Shown: positions 36,014 through 46,300 of the stretch, in pieces
How the letters are laid out: every line of letters begins with the position of its first letter
Numbering within the stretch: the first letter of the stretch is position 1
Assembly (NCBI GenBank): GCA_017482055.1
Contig: JAFUOH010000003.1
Location: 14,222-78,221 of the forward strand
Length of the DNA: 64,000 nt
Direction: 5' to 3'
From: Clostridia bacterium
Lineage (GTDB): Bacteria; Bacillota; Clostridia; Oscillospirales; CAG-272
Translations under genes and position numbers: made by a program
Notes under the pieces: generated by a model
The model's database searches: none
What the model was told of the DNA's origin: nothing
Seen by the model: only the letters and a program-made list of their open reading frames with translations

Positions 36014-37788
36014 TGGATTCGTTTGAAAAATATGTAGGTCAGGTATTTGACAAGCGCTATAGGATCATTAAAGTTATCGGCATCGGTGGTATGGCGGTGG
36101 TATTTGAAGCTGCGGATCTTCTGATGCGCCGCAATGTGGCAGTGAAGATGCTCAAGGATGACATCAACAACGACGTACAGGCGGTCAAGCGTTTCATCAA
36201 CGAGAGTAAGGCAGTCGCCATGCTCTCTCACCCGAACATCGTCAACATCTACGATGTTTCGGTGAAGGACAACCTTAAATATATTGTAATGGAGCTTGTG
36301 GAGGGCATCACGCTGAAGAATTATATCCTCAAAAAAGGTGTGCTTGGCTTCCATGAGATGATAAATATTACCGAGCAAATATTGCTTGCACTGGATCACG
36401 CACATCAAAAGGGAATCGTTCACCGCGATATAAAGCCGCAGAATATAATGATGCTCAAAAACGGCGTTATCAAGGTGGCGGATTTCGGTATTGCAAAGCT
36501 TCCCAACGCTGAGACGGTAACCATGACCGATAAAGCCATTGGAACGGTGTTCTACATCAGTCCGGAGCAGGCGAGCGGTAAGCAGATCGACCGTCGGAGC
36601 GATATTTATTCTCTCGGTGTTACCATGTACGAAATGGCGACGGGGAAGCTTCCCTTTGTGGCAGACAGTCCCGTTACGGTTGCCATAATGCAGGTCAAGA
36701 ACCGTCCGCGTCCGCCCCGTGAGATAAATCCGCAGCTTCCCATCGGACTTGAGCAGATAATCATGGGGGCTATGGAGAAAAATCCCGACAACCGCTTCCA
36801 GAGCGCGGCGCAGATGCTCCGCCATGTGGGACAGGTCAAAAACAATCCGCGCACGGTGTTCAAAATGCCCAAGACCGATACCTCTTCCGACGGCGGAAGC
36901 ACGGGTCAGCAAAATATGCCCTCCAACGTTAAAAAGCTTACACCTCCATCCCGTGCGAGCCGCTCCATGTTCCCCGTGATCGCAGGAGTTGCCAGTGCGT
37001 TTCTCATTGTATGCTGTATCAGCGCGGTGGTGGTGTTAAACCGACTCTTCGCGGTGACGGCTACCGACAACTCAAAGCAGATCGTCGTTCCCGAATATGT
37101 GGGACTTATCTACAGCGAGGAGTTTGAGGCGTCTCTTGAAGCTCAGCATTACATCGTCGAGGTGGAGTACAGCTACGACGCAAAGTACGACCGAAACGTC
37201 ATAATCGCTCAGGATCCGCTTCCCAAGGCACAACGAAAGGTAAACCCCGAAAAGGGGCAGTACTGTGAGCTTACTCTCACGGTCTGCTGGGGCGCCGAGA
37301 CTTGCGAGCTGCCCGATCTTGCCTACGATGATGCCCGCGATGCGATGATCGACCTGCGCACCAACTACGGTCTTATCCCCGTGGAGGTCAAGGAGCAGCA
37401 TGAATACATCAGCGAAGGCTATGTTATCCGTACCGATCCCGCGCCCGGCACCACGCTTAAGGTGGGTGACACGGTAACGCTTTTCGTAAGCTCGGGGCAG
37501 GAGATCGAGTATGTGGAAATGCCCGACTTCTACAAGTGTGACGAAGGAGCGGTCATGAAGATGCTCGAATGGAACAAGCTGGAGCTTGGCAACGTTACCC
37601 GCGAGTATAATGATGAGGTCAATGTGGGCTGTGTTATCAGTCAGAGCCGTGCGTACGGCGCAAAGACTCCCGCAGGTACTAAGGTGGATTTTGTAATGAG
37701 TCTCGGTCCGAAGCCCGCAGAAACTACTGCGGCGCAGACGGACGATACGACAGATGAAACCGAAGCTGTTAATAACGACGAGCAGTAA
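36010..37788 (+). CDS. prkC: Ser/Thr protein kinase with extracellular PASTA repeats (PrkC/PknB-like)
   Basis: 592-aa ORF with kinase motifs GIGGMAVVF, HRDIKPQN and DFGIA. A TM helix follows, then repeated PASTA-like modules (VPEYVGL..., LPDLAYD..., MPDFYKC...). Confidence 0.9.
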   Translation: MMDSFEKYVGQVFDKRYRIIKVIGIGGMAVVFEAADLLMRRNVAVKMLKDDINNDVQAVKRFINESKAVAMLSHPNIVNIYDVSVKDNLKYIVMELVEGITLKNYILKKGVLGFHEMINITEQILLALDHAHQKGIVHRDIKPQNIMMLKNGVIKVADFGIAKLPNAETVTMTDKAIGTVFYISPEQASGKQIDRRSDIYSLGVTMYEMATGKLPFVADSPVTVAIMQVKNRPRPPREINPQLPIGLEQIIMGAMEKNPDNRFQSAAQMLRHVGQVKNNPRTVFKMPKTDTSSDGGSTGQQNMPSNVKKLTPPSRASRSMFPVIAGVASAFLIVCCISAVVVLNRLFAVTATDNSKQIVVPEYVGLIYSEEFEASLEAQHYIVEVEYSYDAKYDRNVIIAQDPLPKAQRKVNPEKGQYCELTLTVCWGAETCELPDLAYDDARDAMIDLRTNYGLIPVEVKEQHEYISEGYVIRTDPAPGTTLKVGDTVTLFVSSGQEIEYVEMPDFYKCDEGAVMKMLEWNKLELGNVTREYNDEVNVGCVISQSRAYGAKTPAGTKVDFVMSLGPKPAETTAAQTDDTTDETEAVNNDEQ

Positions 37789-37807
37789 ATTTACGGAGTG
37801 ACGATCA

Positions 37808-38830
37808 ATGGAGCTTAAACTTAACGGTAAGATCATAAAGGGTGTGGGCGGTCTCTATGAAATACGCATCGCCCGCTCCGATGCCGACATGCTCCGCGGA
37901 GTCGGAATGAAGATTGAAAACGATACGGTGCTGTGCAAGGCGCGCGGCGTATTCCGCCATGAGAAGCTGACGCTTCTCGTGGGTGACGACGTTGTGCTGC
38001 GTGTTGACACCGAGCTTGCGTTGGCATCCGATGCGGATGCACGAGAGAATCATAAACGCGGCGATGAAGCAATGGGCGGCGTAATGATCGAGGAAGCGCT
38101 TCCAAGACGCAACGAGCTTATACGTCCGCCGATGGCAAATCTCGATATAATTTTCGCGGTGTTTGCCGCTGCGAAGCCCGAGCCTGCACTGACCACTGTG
38201 GACAAGCTTATTACCATAGCGGAGTACAAGGAGATCGAGCCGGTAGTGATCATCACAAAAGCCGATCTTGCTCCCGATGCCGCAGAGCATTACGCCGATA
38301 TTTACAGACGGTGCGGCTTTCGAGTGTTTATCGAGGGGCTCGGTATTGATGGCGGTGAGCTTGAAGGGTATATACGTGAGAACGCAGACCGCGTGTCCGT
38401 GTTTGCGGGCGCATCAGGAGTGGGTAAATCAACGCTGATGAATCGACTGTTTCCCTCGCTTGGACTTGCTACAGGAGAGATCAGTCAAAAGACACAGCGC
38501 GGCAGGCATACCACCCGTCATATTGAGCTGTATCCGCTGGATCGTCAGTTTGGCGACTCGGTAATGGGGTGCATTGCCGATACGCCGGGCTTTGGAATGC
38601 TGGATTTCGTACAGTTCGATTTTTACACAAAAGCCGATTTGCCATATGTGTTCCGCGAGTTCGAGCCGTATATCGGCTCCTGCCGTTATACGAAGTGTAC
38701 GCATACAAAAGAGGACGGCTGTGCACTGCTTGAAGCGGTCAAAAACGGCGAGATACCCGAGGAGCGGCATAAGAGCTATCTTGAATTTTACGAGGTGCTT
38801 AAAAACAAGCACGAATGGGACAAAAAATGA
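37808..38830 (+). CDS. rsgA: Ribosome small-subunit-dependent GTPase A
   Basis: 340-aa ORF with circularly permuted GTPase motifs ITKADL and GASGVGKSTLMN. The zinc-finger end is CRYTKCTHTKEDGCA. Confidence 0.85.
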   Translation: MELKLNGKIIKGVGGLYEIRIARSDADMLRGVGMKIENDTVLCKARGVFRHEKLTLLVGDDVVLRVDTELALASDADARENHKRGDEAMGGVMIEEALPRRNELIRPPMANLDIIFAVFAAAKPEPALTTVDKLITIAEYKEIEPVVIITKADLAPDAAEHYADIYRRCGFRVFIEGLGIDGGELEGYIRENADRVSVFAGASGVGKSTLMNRLFPSLGLATGEISQKTQRGRHTTRHIELYPLDRQFGDSVMGCIADTPGFGMLDFVQFDFYTKADLPYVFREFEPYIGSCRYTKCTHTKEDGCALLEAVKNGEIPEERHKSYLEFYEVLKNKHEWDKK

Positions 38831-39486
38831 GTCGTGACTTTTATATTTTCACAGGCGGCACGGTATATGCCGACACTCTTTCCGAGCTTTCGCTCTCACT
38901 GTGTGAGAGCGATTTCGTCATTGCGGCTGACAGCGGCTACCGTACGGCAAAAAGACTTGCGGTGAAGCCCGATATGCTGCTCGGCGACCTTGATTCGCTT
39001 GACCGCTCATCACTCTCCGAGTCGGAGCTTGCCGAGATGGAGAAGATACTCGTGTCGCCCATCAAGGATGACACCGATACACAGCTTGCCGTTGACACCG
39101 CGATATCCCGCGGAGCAGAGAACATCTATATTATCGGCGGACTCGGCGGACGGCTTGACCATACGATGTCAAGCGTTTTTCTGCTTGAATATATTGCCGA
39201 ACACGGCGTGGAATGCGTTATGACCGACGGGAAAAATCGTGTACGCATCCTGTATGCGGACGGTGGCAGGCATACGCTTGTCGTAGAGCGCGGGTATAAG
39301 TATCTGTCGCTTATCTCTCTTACTGACAAGTGCGAGGAGGTATCAATATCGGGGGTGTATTATCCGCTTAATTGCGTGGAGTTGACGCGCAGATATTCAT
39401 ATGCGGTCAGCAACGAGATCATCGCCGACCGTGCCGAAATATCACTGCGGCGCGGAGTGATGCTGATCGTCGAGAGCCGAGATTAA
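38827..39486 (+). CDS. Thiamine diphosphokinase
   Basis: The ATG at 38827 forms an ATGA overlap with the rsgA stop. Motifs GDLDS, KDDTDTQLA and GGLGGRLDH are present. Confidence 0.85.
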   Translation: MSRDFYIFTGGTVYADTLSELSLSLCESDFVIAADSGYRTAKRLAVKPDMLLGDLDSLDRSSLSESELAEMEKILVSPIKDDTDTQLAVDTAISRGAENIYIIGGLGGRLDHTMSSVFLLEYIAEHGVECVMTDGKNRVRILYADGGRHTLVVERGYKYLSLISLTDKCEEVSISGVYYPLNCVELTRRYSYAVSNEIIADRAEISLRRGVMLIVESRD

Positions 39487-39560
39487 CAAATCCCCAAAAG
39501 TATGCATATGCTTTAATGAGCCGTTAAAAACAGCTTATTAATTGGAAGGAACGTGTACTT

Positions 39561-39638
39561 ATGAAAGTTGTAGTTGTCAAGTCTCCGAGACTGTTTGTGC
39601 CGTTTTTGCGCAAGCTGTTCGGTATTAGTAAGAAGTGA
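39561..39638 (+). CDS. spoVM: Stage V sporulation protein M (25-aa amphipathic micro-protein)
   Basis: Too short for the ORF track. ATG at 39561 follows GGAAGGA. The product MKVVVVKSPRLFVPFLRKLFGISKK resembles B. subtilis SpoVM (MKFYTIKLPKFLGGIVRAMLGSFRKD) in length, charge pattern and genomic position after thiN. A strong terminator follows. Confidence 0.75.
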   Translation: MKVVVVKSPRLFVPFLRKLFGISKK

Positions 39639-39643
39639 TACAT

Positions 39644-39686
39644 AGAGCCGCATCACGGTGCTTTGTGATGCGGCTCTGCTTTTTTA
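39644..39686 (+). terminator. Rho-independent terminator after spoVM
   Basis: Perfect 12-bp stem agagccgcatca / tgatgcggctct followed by gcttttttac. Confidence 0.8.
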
Positions 39687-39705
39687 CAAAAAAATTTTAA
39701 AAAAC

Positions 39706-39768
39706 TACTCCGATAGTATTGACAAATCCGTACTATTGTGATAGAATATATATACTACCGCGATAGTA
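39706..39768 (+). promoter_or_regulatory. Promoter with three BlaI/MecI-type operator-like repeats
   Basis: TTGACA (39719-39724), a 17-nt spacer, then TAGAAT (39742-39747). Three related dyads occur: tactccgatagta (39706-39718), tactattgtgataga (from 39731) and tactaccgcgatagta (39753-39768). They flank and overlap the promoter. Confidence 0.6.
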
Positions 39769-39829
39769 TGGTGCGGAACGCGTGAGTGCGCACGATCGCG
39801 TGATGCGCCGAAATAAAGGAGAAAATCAT

Positions 39830-40189
39830 ATGACTGTAAAATTATTCGATTCCGAACTCAAGGTCATGAACGTTTTGTGGAAAAACGGCGATACTACTGC
39901 CAAACGCATTGCCGAGATACTCGGCGGCGAGGTGGGGTGGAATGTTAACACCACATATACGGTCATCAAGAAGTGCATTGCCAAGGGAGCCATTGAAAGA
40001 AGCGAGCCGAATTTTCTTTGCCACGCTATGATCTCACAGCGCGAGGCGCAGGAAAGCGAGACTGCCGAGCTTATAGACAAGCTCTATGAGGGAGCGGCGG
40101 ACAAGTTAGTTGCCTGCCTTCTTGATTCGAAGCGTCTTACGGCGGAGGAGATCGCACGGCTTCGTGCGATGGTGGAGGAGTTAAAATGA
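39830..40189 (+). CDS. BlaI/MecI/CopY family transcriptional repressor
   Basis: The ATG at 39830 follows AAGGAG. The product starts MTVKLFDSELKVMNVLWKNGDTTAKRIAEIL... with a winged helix. Its end overlaps the sensor gene by ATGA. Confidence 0.85.
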   Translation: MTVKLFDSELKVMNVLWKNGDTTAKRIAEILGGEVGWNVNTTYTVIKKCIAKGAIERSEPNFLCHAMISQREAQESETAELIDKLYEGAADKLVACLLDSKRLTAEEIARLRAMVEELK

Positions 40190-41640
40190 TACATGCGGCT
40201 ATCTGCGGGAGTGTGATGATCGCACTCACCGTATTGCTGAGGCTGTTATTTTTGAATCGTCTGCCAAAGCAGAGCTTTCGCATTTTGTGGCTGCTTTGCG
40301 CACTCAGACTGCTTGTACCGTTTTCATTTACCTTTGAGGTGGAGGTGGAGCCGACCGCCGGGCAGGATATGCAGACAGTGGTCATCGGCTCTTATGACAC
40401 GGTCTACACGGAATTGCCTGACGATACCGCTAAGGAAGCGGTACCGCGCTTTGACGTGTCAAAGCTGATTTCTGCCGTATTGCCTCTCGGAACGATTATC
40501 ATCGGAGGAGTGTTTATTGTTGCGTACAGACGAATGCGCAAAATAGCCGTACGGGCAAAAGCACTGTGGAACGATGCTGATGTTCGTGCGGGTGACGGCG
40601 CGGAGTCGCCGTTTTCCTGCGGCGTTATACGTCCGATCATATTTATCCCGAAAAATATGCTGACACTCGGTGAAGGAAAGCTCGAATATATCATCGCACA
40701 TGAGCGCCAACACATAAAAAGCGGCGATCAGCTTGTAAAATGGCTGCTCGCGGCGGCGGTATGCATTAACTGGTATAATCCGTTTGTGTGGATCATGTGG
40801 CGGTATGCCAACCGTGACATTGAGCTTGCTTGCGATGAGGCGGTAGTGCGCCGCGGCGGGACTGCAGCCGATTACGCGCTTTGCCTTATCGAAGCCGCAG
40901 AAAGATATTCGGATCTTGCACATACGGCTGTCTGCTCATTCGGTACGCACAAAATGTTCGGTGCGAAAGCACTAAATGAAAGGATCGAATGTATTATGAA
41001 GGCAAAAAGACTCACAGTGTGCGGCTTTATCTCTGCCGCACTGATACTTGCGGCAATGTCCGCGTTCTTTATTCAGGTCACCGCAAAGGAAGCTGAGGAT
41101 ACCGAGGTGAAAAATGAGACCGAGGAAACCGTATCGGCAGATACCGAGAGCGATAATGTCATCTATGAGGTGATCGAGCCCGATGTCACATATGAGATCG
41201 TCGGCGATGTAATAGCGGAGGAGGACTCCGAAGCTGTTGATCTTACCGAGAATGCTGTAGAATTTGTTGCGCCGATCGTTGATTATGAGCTTATCTCTGC
41301 AGGGTTCGGTTACAACAATCCCATTCGTACGGAGGATTTTCACAGCGGCATCGATCTTGCAGCCGAGGAAGGCACAGAGATATATGCCGCGGCTTCGGGA
41401 ACCGTGATCGTGGCGGACTATAATTATGAAAATGGAAATTATGTGATCATTGACCACGGAGACGAGCTTGCTACTGCATATTATCATTGCTCGGAGCTGT
41501 TATGCGAGGAGGGAGATGAAGTCGAAGCAGGCGATCGGATCGCTGCCGTCGGTTCTACAGGATTTGCGACGGGACCCCATCTCCATTTTGAGATTAGGGA
41601 CGGCGAGGTTTATGTCTCGCCTGCCGAGCTTTTCGAATAA
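40186..41640 (+). CDS. BlaR1/MecR1-type M56 metalloprotease sensor fused to a C-terminal M23 (LytM) peptidase domain
   Basis: 484-aa ORF with N-terminal TM helices and the M56 core AHERQHIKSGD...ELACDEAVV. A further TM helix and an acidic linker follow. The M23 motifs are HSGIDLAA, GNYVIIDHG, YYHCSEL and GPHLHFEIR. Confidence 0.85.
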   Translation: MIHAAICGSVMIALTVLLRLLFLNRLPKQSFRILWLLCALRLLVPFSFTFEVEVEPTAGQDMQTVVIGSYDTVYTELPDDTAKEAVPRFDVSKLISAVLPLGTIIIGGVFIVAYRRMRKIAVRAKALWNDADVRAGDGAESPFSCGVIRPIIFIPKNMLTLGEGKLEYIIAHERQHIKSGDQLVKWLLAAAVCINWYNPFVWIMWRYANRDIELACDEAVVRRGGTAADYALCLIEAAERYSDLAHTAVCSFGTHKMFGAKALNERIECIMKAKRLTVCGFISAALILAAMSAFFIQVTAKEAEDTEVKNETEETVSADTESDNVIYEVIEPDVTYEIVGDVIAEEDSEAVDLTENAVEFVAPIVDYELISAGFGYNNPIRTEDFHSGIDLAAEEGTEIYAAASGTVIVADYNYENGNYVIIDHGDELATAYYHCSELLCEEGDEVEAGDRIAAVGSTGFATGPHLHFEIRDGEVYVSPAELFE

Positions 41641-41647
41641 GCAAACT

Positions 41648-41673
41648 GCCCCGACAGCGTCTGCTGTCGGGGC
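41648..41673. terminator. Bidirectional terminator hairpin
   Basis: gccccgacagc / gctgtcggggc perfect 11-bp stem between convergent genes. Confidence 0.7.
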
Positions 41674-41679
41674 ATCGCT

Positions 41680-42117
41680 TTATAAAAATCTTGCTAAATT
41701 TTCGGCGGTGCTCTTTTCGAATTTCAGTATATCCTCGGCGAGAGCGCGTGCTTCACCTGTGGGCTTTGCGGAGTTTAACTGTTTTTCGATATTGATGATA
41801 CCCATGGTGGCGCCGTTTATCATCATTTCGGCGATGTGGGAGGTGGTAGTGTCAAGCATGGTGTTGAATGCCATCCCCATTTTGCTTCCCGCCTTTGCCA
41901 TCATGCCGGGCTCCTCGGGCTTGAGACCGCGCTCGGCGAGCAATGCGGCGGCACGGTTTGAGTATTCGCGATACTTTTCAAGCTCACGGGTCATTTCCGA
42001 GCGCATTTTTGGGTCTTGCGCCTTATCCATAAGGTCAATGAGGGCGTCACCGCCCATGGTGGTGTTTTTGTAAAGCTCGTTTAAGAGCGTCTCGTTTTTA
42101 TCCATTATTTTGCCCAT
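41680..42117 (-). CDS. Hypothetical helical protein (four-helix-bundle-like)
   Basis: 145-aa ORF with codon usage like its neighbours and a helical heptad-like sequence. No motif I can name and no clear RBS. Terminators lie on both sides. Confidence 0.55.
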   Translation of the reverse strand: MGKIMDKNETLLNELYKNTTMGGDALIDLMDKAQDPKMRSEMTRELEKYREYSNRAAALLAERGLKPEEPGMMAKAGSKMGMAFNTMLDTTTSHIAEMMINGATMGIINIEKQLNSAKPTGEARALAEDILKFEKSTAENLARFL

Positions 42118-42140
42118 CCATTTCTAACGGTTATGAAAAA

Positions 42141-42170
42141 ATGATACCGTGGGAAGTCCCACGGTATCAT
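42141..42170 (-). terminator. Rho-independent terminator of metA
   Basis: 14-bp stem atgataccgtggga / tcccacggtatcat. On the minus strand it is followed by a T-run. Confidence 0.75.
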
Positions 42171-42195
42171 TATTTGCGGAAGTGTGTTAGAATAT

Positions 42196-43119
42196 TTATG
42201 ATCTGTTTAAGTCCTCAAGATCATATGGGGTATTCTGGTAAACAAAATAGTTGAGCCAGTTTGAAAACATGAGATTTGCGTGACCGCGCCAGAGATTCGG
42301 CGGGCGCTTTGCGGGGTTGTTGTCGGGGAAGTAGTTGTAAGGCACCTCGATCTCAAGTCCCTTGTCTACATCTCGGAAATATTCCTTGGAAAGTGTATCA
42401 TAGTCATACTCGGAATGTCCGGTGACAAACAGCATGCGGGAATCCTTGGCGGCGATGATATATGGACCTGCCATGTCGCTTCTTGCGATAAGCTCAAGCT
42501 CGCTGACCTTTGAGATTTCCTCCTCGGAGATTCCCGTATGACGGGAATGCGGAGCGTAGAAATACTCATCAAAGCCGCGCACGATGGGATGATTGGGACG
42601 CAGGGCATAATGCTTGAACACGCCGAACATTTTTTTGTTAAGCGAATGCTTCTTGACACCGTAATGGTAGTAAAGTCCGGCCTGCGCTGCCCAACAGATG
42701 TGCAGAGTAGAAAAAACATGCTTCTTCGACCATTCCATGATGCCGCAGAGCTCATCCCAGTATGTAACATCGTGGAAATCGAGATTTTCCACGGGTGCTC
42801 CCGTGATGATCAGTCCGTCAAATTTTTCGTCCTTTATGTCATCGAAGTTTTTGTAGAACGCCTCCATATGCTCGGCGGGAGTGTGCTTGGAACGGTGAGT
42901 TGCGGTCTGTAGAAGCGTAAATTCGATCTGTAGAGAGCTGTTGGAAAGCAGGCGAATAAGCTGAGTCTCTGTGGTTATTTTTGTGGGCATCAGATTGAGC
43001 GCCGCGATCTTTAAGGGACGGATGTCCTGGTGCTCGGCGCGAAAATCGTTCATAACGAATATATTTTCACGCTCTAATGTTTCGCGGGCGGGCAGCCCTT
43101 CGGGTATTTTTATCGGCAT
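42196..43119 (-). CDS. metA: Homoserine O-acyltransferase (MetA family)
   Basis: Start chosen at ATG 43119 ([23 protein letters not shown]), which has a GGAGGAAA RBS. Motifs [16 protein letters not shown] and [10 protein letters not shown] are typical of MetA. Confidence 0.9.
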   Translation of the reverse strand: MPIKIPEGLPARETLERENIFVMNDFRAEHQDIRPLKIAALNLMPTKITTETQLIRLLSNSSLQIEFTLLQTATHRSKHTPAEHMEAFYKNFDDIKDEKFDGLIITGAPVENLDFHDVTYWDELCGIMEWSKKHVFSTLHICWAAQAGLYYHYGVKKHSLNKKMFGVFKHYALRPNHPIVRGFDEYFYAPHSRHTGISEEEISKVSELELIARSDMAGPYIIAAKDSRMLFVTGHSEYDYDTLSKEYFRDVDKGLEIEVPYNYFPDNNPAKRPPNLWRGHANLMFSNWLNYFVYQNTPYDLEDLNRS

Positions 43120-43370
43120 TGCGGTTTCCTCCGTAATATTTATTGTAAAGCGCACCGCGTTTCGGATGCTTTGGTGACACAATTATATATATTATAGCAC
43201 AAATTTTTGAACAACACAACAGAATATCAAAAAAATATATGGATATCAACAAGATTTTGTGTACCTGCAAAAAATGTTGTTAAATTTTCAAAAAAGTATA
43301 TCATTTAAAGAAATTTTATGTTATAATATAATTATACTGCTATAACTGCCGGATACGGAGGCGATTCTTC

Positions 43371-46300
43371 ATGAAAAAAGCAAAATTAACAAAGATATTT
43401 GCCTGTGCTTTTATATGTGTGGCTGTGTTTTTTTCACTGCCGTGCCTTGCCGCCGATCCTGTGGATGAGGAAAAGTATATTATTGAGTCGTTTGACTATG
43501 AGGTCGGAGACTTCGATGCCGGTGAAAATGTAAAAAATGTTGCGCTTCAAAAGCTGTCAACCGACATTGACGGTACGGTTGATACCCGTTCCTGCCTTGA
43601 GGTTGTCGGAAGCTACAGCGATATCGGTGTTCTGCGCAGTACTGTGGCGAGCTTTTCGGAGGCTATTGATCTTACCGAATACCGAAAGGTGGCATATGAC
43701 ATATATGTGCCGATCTACGAAGCCGATCCCGAGGCGGTATATTACACAAGACTCACGCTCTTTTCTTCCGACGGAAGCAGTACCGAGAACCTTGTAAGTG
43801 TTGAGAGCGGACAGTGGTGCCATATCGAAGCCGATATCGGTACATGGGACAGCCGCGGCGATATAGTGTCGGCGGAGATCGCCTATGTGGTGGATACCGT
43901 ACATACCGGATATATGTGGAGCGGCTTTTATGTTGATGATATCTACGCTTATGACAAGGTAGACCGTGAGCTTGCCGCGAGGTTCCTATTTGACAAATTC
44001 GAGTCGGACGGAGCAAATGCCGCTTTGTCGCGCGACAATACCATGCTTACGCTCGTATCGGAGTCCTTTGACAGCTTCTCGCTGAGCGCGTCGGTATTTA
44101 TGCCCGAGACACAGTATGATGTTAACTGCTTGCGTATAAAGCTTGCCAACAATACGCCGAGTGATACACTGACATTGCATTATACAACATTTGACACTCA
44201 GGCAAACAGTGAGGATAAAACTGTCTCCATACCGATAGTGCCGATGTCGAAAGCGGATTATTATTACGCATATGTAGGTGATGCTTCCATGCTCCGCAGT
44301 ATTGAGCTGATATTTGACGAGGGCGGCGGAAGTGTTGAGATCTATTCATTGAGTGCTATCTCATCTTATAAGGCGGATGAATATGATGTGTGCGGCAGTG
44401 TAAATATATGTCGGCTTAACGATGACCTCACATCAGTCAACTTCTACGGCGAGATCAACCGTGAAGTGGCACTCGATCATCAGGACAGCAGGATTGCTAT
44501 ATATACATACGAAGCCGACACGCTTCCGACAGAGGATGAGCTTGCTGCCCTTGAACCTATCGTTACGGGCGATATGACAACACGCTTTGAGCTTAATTGG
44601 CAGATGCCCGCCGACAACCCTTATGCCTGCTACAGCCGATACCTTGCGGCGGTAGTCCATTCGGACGGCAGCTACACGCTTATCGCTCCGCCCTTCTATA
44701 TCGATAATCCGGGTCGCCGTGCCGATGACGGCAAAGGCTTTACATCGGATGTCAAAGGCTTTGCGGCGGATGATATCTCCCTTATCGGTGAGACCGACAG
44801 TGGGATAACACAGCTTACGCTGGATACACGACGTGCATTCACTTCGAAGGATGCGGGTGAGCAGTTCATTTACAACGGCTGTGTATATTATCTTAATTCC
44901 GAGTATCTCGGACAGCTTTCGAAGCAGATCTCTGTGCTTCATGGCAGTGGAGTGAGCGTGCTTCTGCGCTATTCCGGTTGGGATCGTGCATACAAAGACG
45001 AGCTGATGCTTGCGGATAGTACGAATATTACCGCAAACTATATAAATAATACGAACGCTTCTGCCGGAAGTGATTTCATAGGTGCGCTGAGTGCATATAC
45101 TGCGAAAACCTGGTGTGCTGACGGCAGTGTGGTGGGCGTGATCTTTGGTGAAGGTGAGAATATCATTCCCGTGGGTGAGACCTCGGTTTCCGAAATGATC
45201 GCATACACCGCAAGAGAGCTTTGCAAGATATATTTTAACCTTTCGTCGGCGAATTCCGAGGCGAAAGTGTACATTTCGGTAACGGATCTGTACGATACAG
45301 ATCCTGCCACAAATGTTCGTGAGCTTCCGCTTAATGAATATCTTCCCGCCTTTATTTCCGAAGCGGCGCAGTATGGTAATTACGGTTGGGAGATCGCTGT
45401 TGAGGTCATAGAGCGCGACAAAAGCTTTGAGGCGGATCGGATAACCGTCAACGACTGTGCGCGTCTGACGGAGCTGCTTTATGAGCTTGGCTGCAGTGAA
45501 AAGCATCTGATATTCTGTGACGGCACATATGCAGGCTCAACAGAGCGACTGAGTGCGCTTATAAAGCAGTATGTAGTCGGATATTATTCTGCATATTTTA
45601 ATGACAGCATTGATGCTTACATAGCCATAGCGGGAGAAAAAGCGGCATCCATTTCAGAAACGGTCAGATATATAGATACGACCGAAGCATCTGTCATCTC
45701 TGCGACCGCGCTTTTGACGCTCAGAATAGACAGTCTCGCCGATATTATAGACGGCTATGACGAAAGCAAGCTGCCTCGGCGCAGACTCAGCTATGCCGAA
45801 GCGCTTTATGAAGCACCGACAGGTATTAAGGGCGCGTATAATTACTTTGTTTTTGACAGCGCTTCAAATCTCGGCAGTGTAGAGGCAGGATATTACTGCG
45901 GTGACATGCAGATAGTGCGGGACGGCACCACTGCCATGTCGGTACAGCTCGACTCGAAACTGTACGGCGGCGAAGTCTCGGGCAACTGGCTTGGTATCAT
46001 GCACCGCTTTGAGTACACCGAAAATCTTGAACATACTCCCATAATCGCCGTGACCATGAGGATCGAAAATACAGTTCCTGCCGTTGTCTCGGAGGTGCCT
46101 GTGAAGCTGGTACTGCGCTCGGAGAATGAACGTTTTGAATCAATTGGTGAGCTCATAACCTCTGATTGGGTAACACTGTACTTTGATATCGGTGAATTTG
46201 GCGGTATTGAGGATACGGAAATGCTTCAGCTCCTTGTCGGTGACGGAGAGCTCGAGTCGGCAACGCTTCTGATAAAGGATATAAAGGGCTTGTCCCGCGA

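Noticed and set aside
35833-36912. 359-aa minus-strand ORF
   Set aside because: It is antisense to the stp/prkC junction and the kinase domain. The kinase motifs on the plus strand are decisive.
43120-43370. SAM (S-box) riboswitch or T-box leader upstream of metA
   Set aside because: The distance from the likely extended -10 promoter (tgctataat) to the start codon is only ~70 nt. It contains none of the conserved S-box or T-box sequence blocks that I can recognise.
44433-45506. 357-aa minus-strand ORF
   Set aside because: It is antisense and internal to the 1035-aa surface protein ORF, which has a signal peptide, an RBS and a TM anchor.
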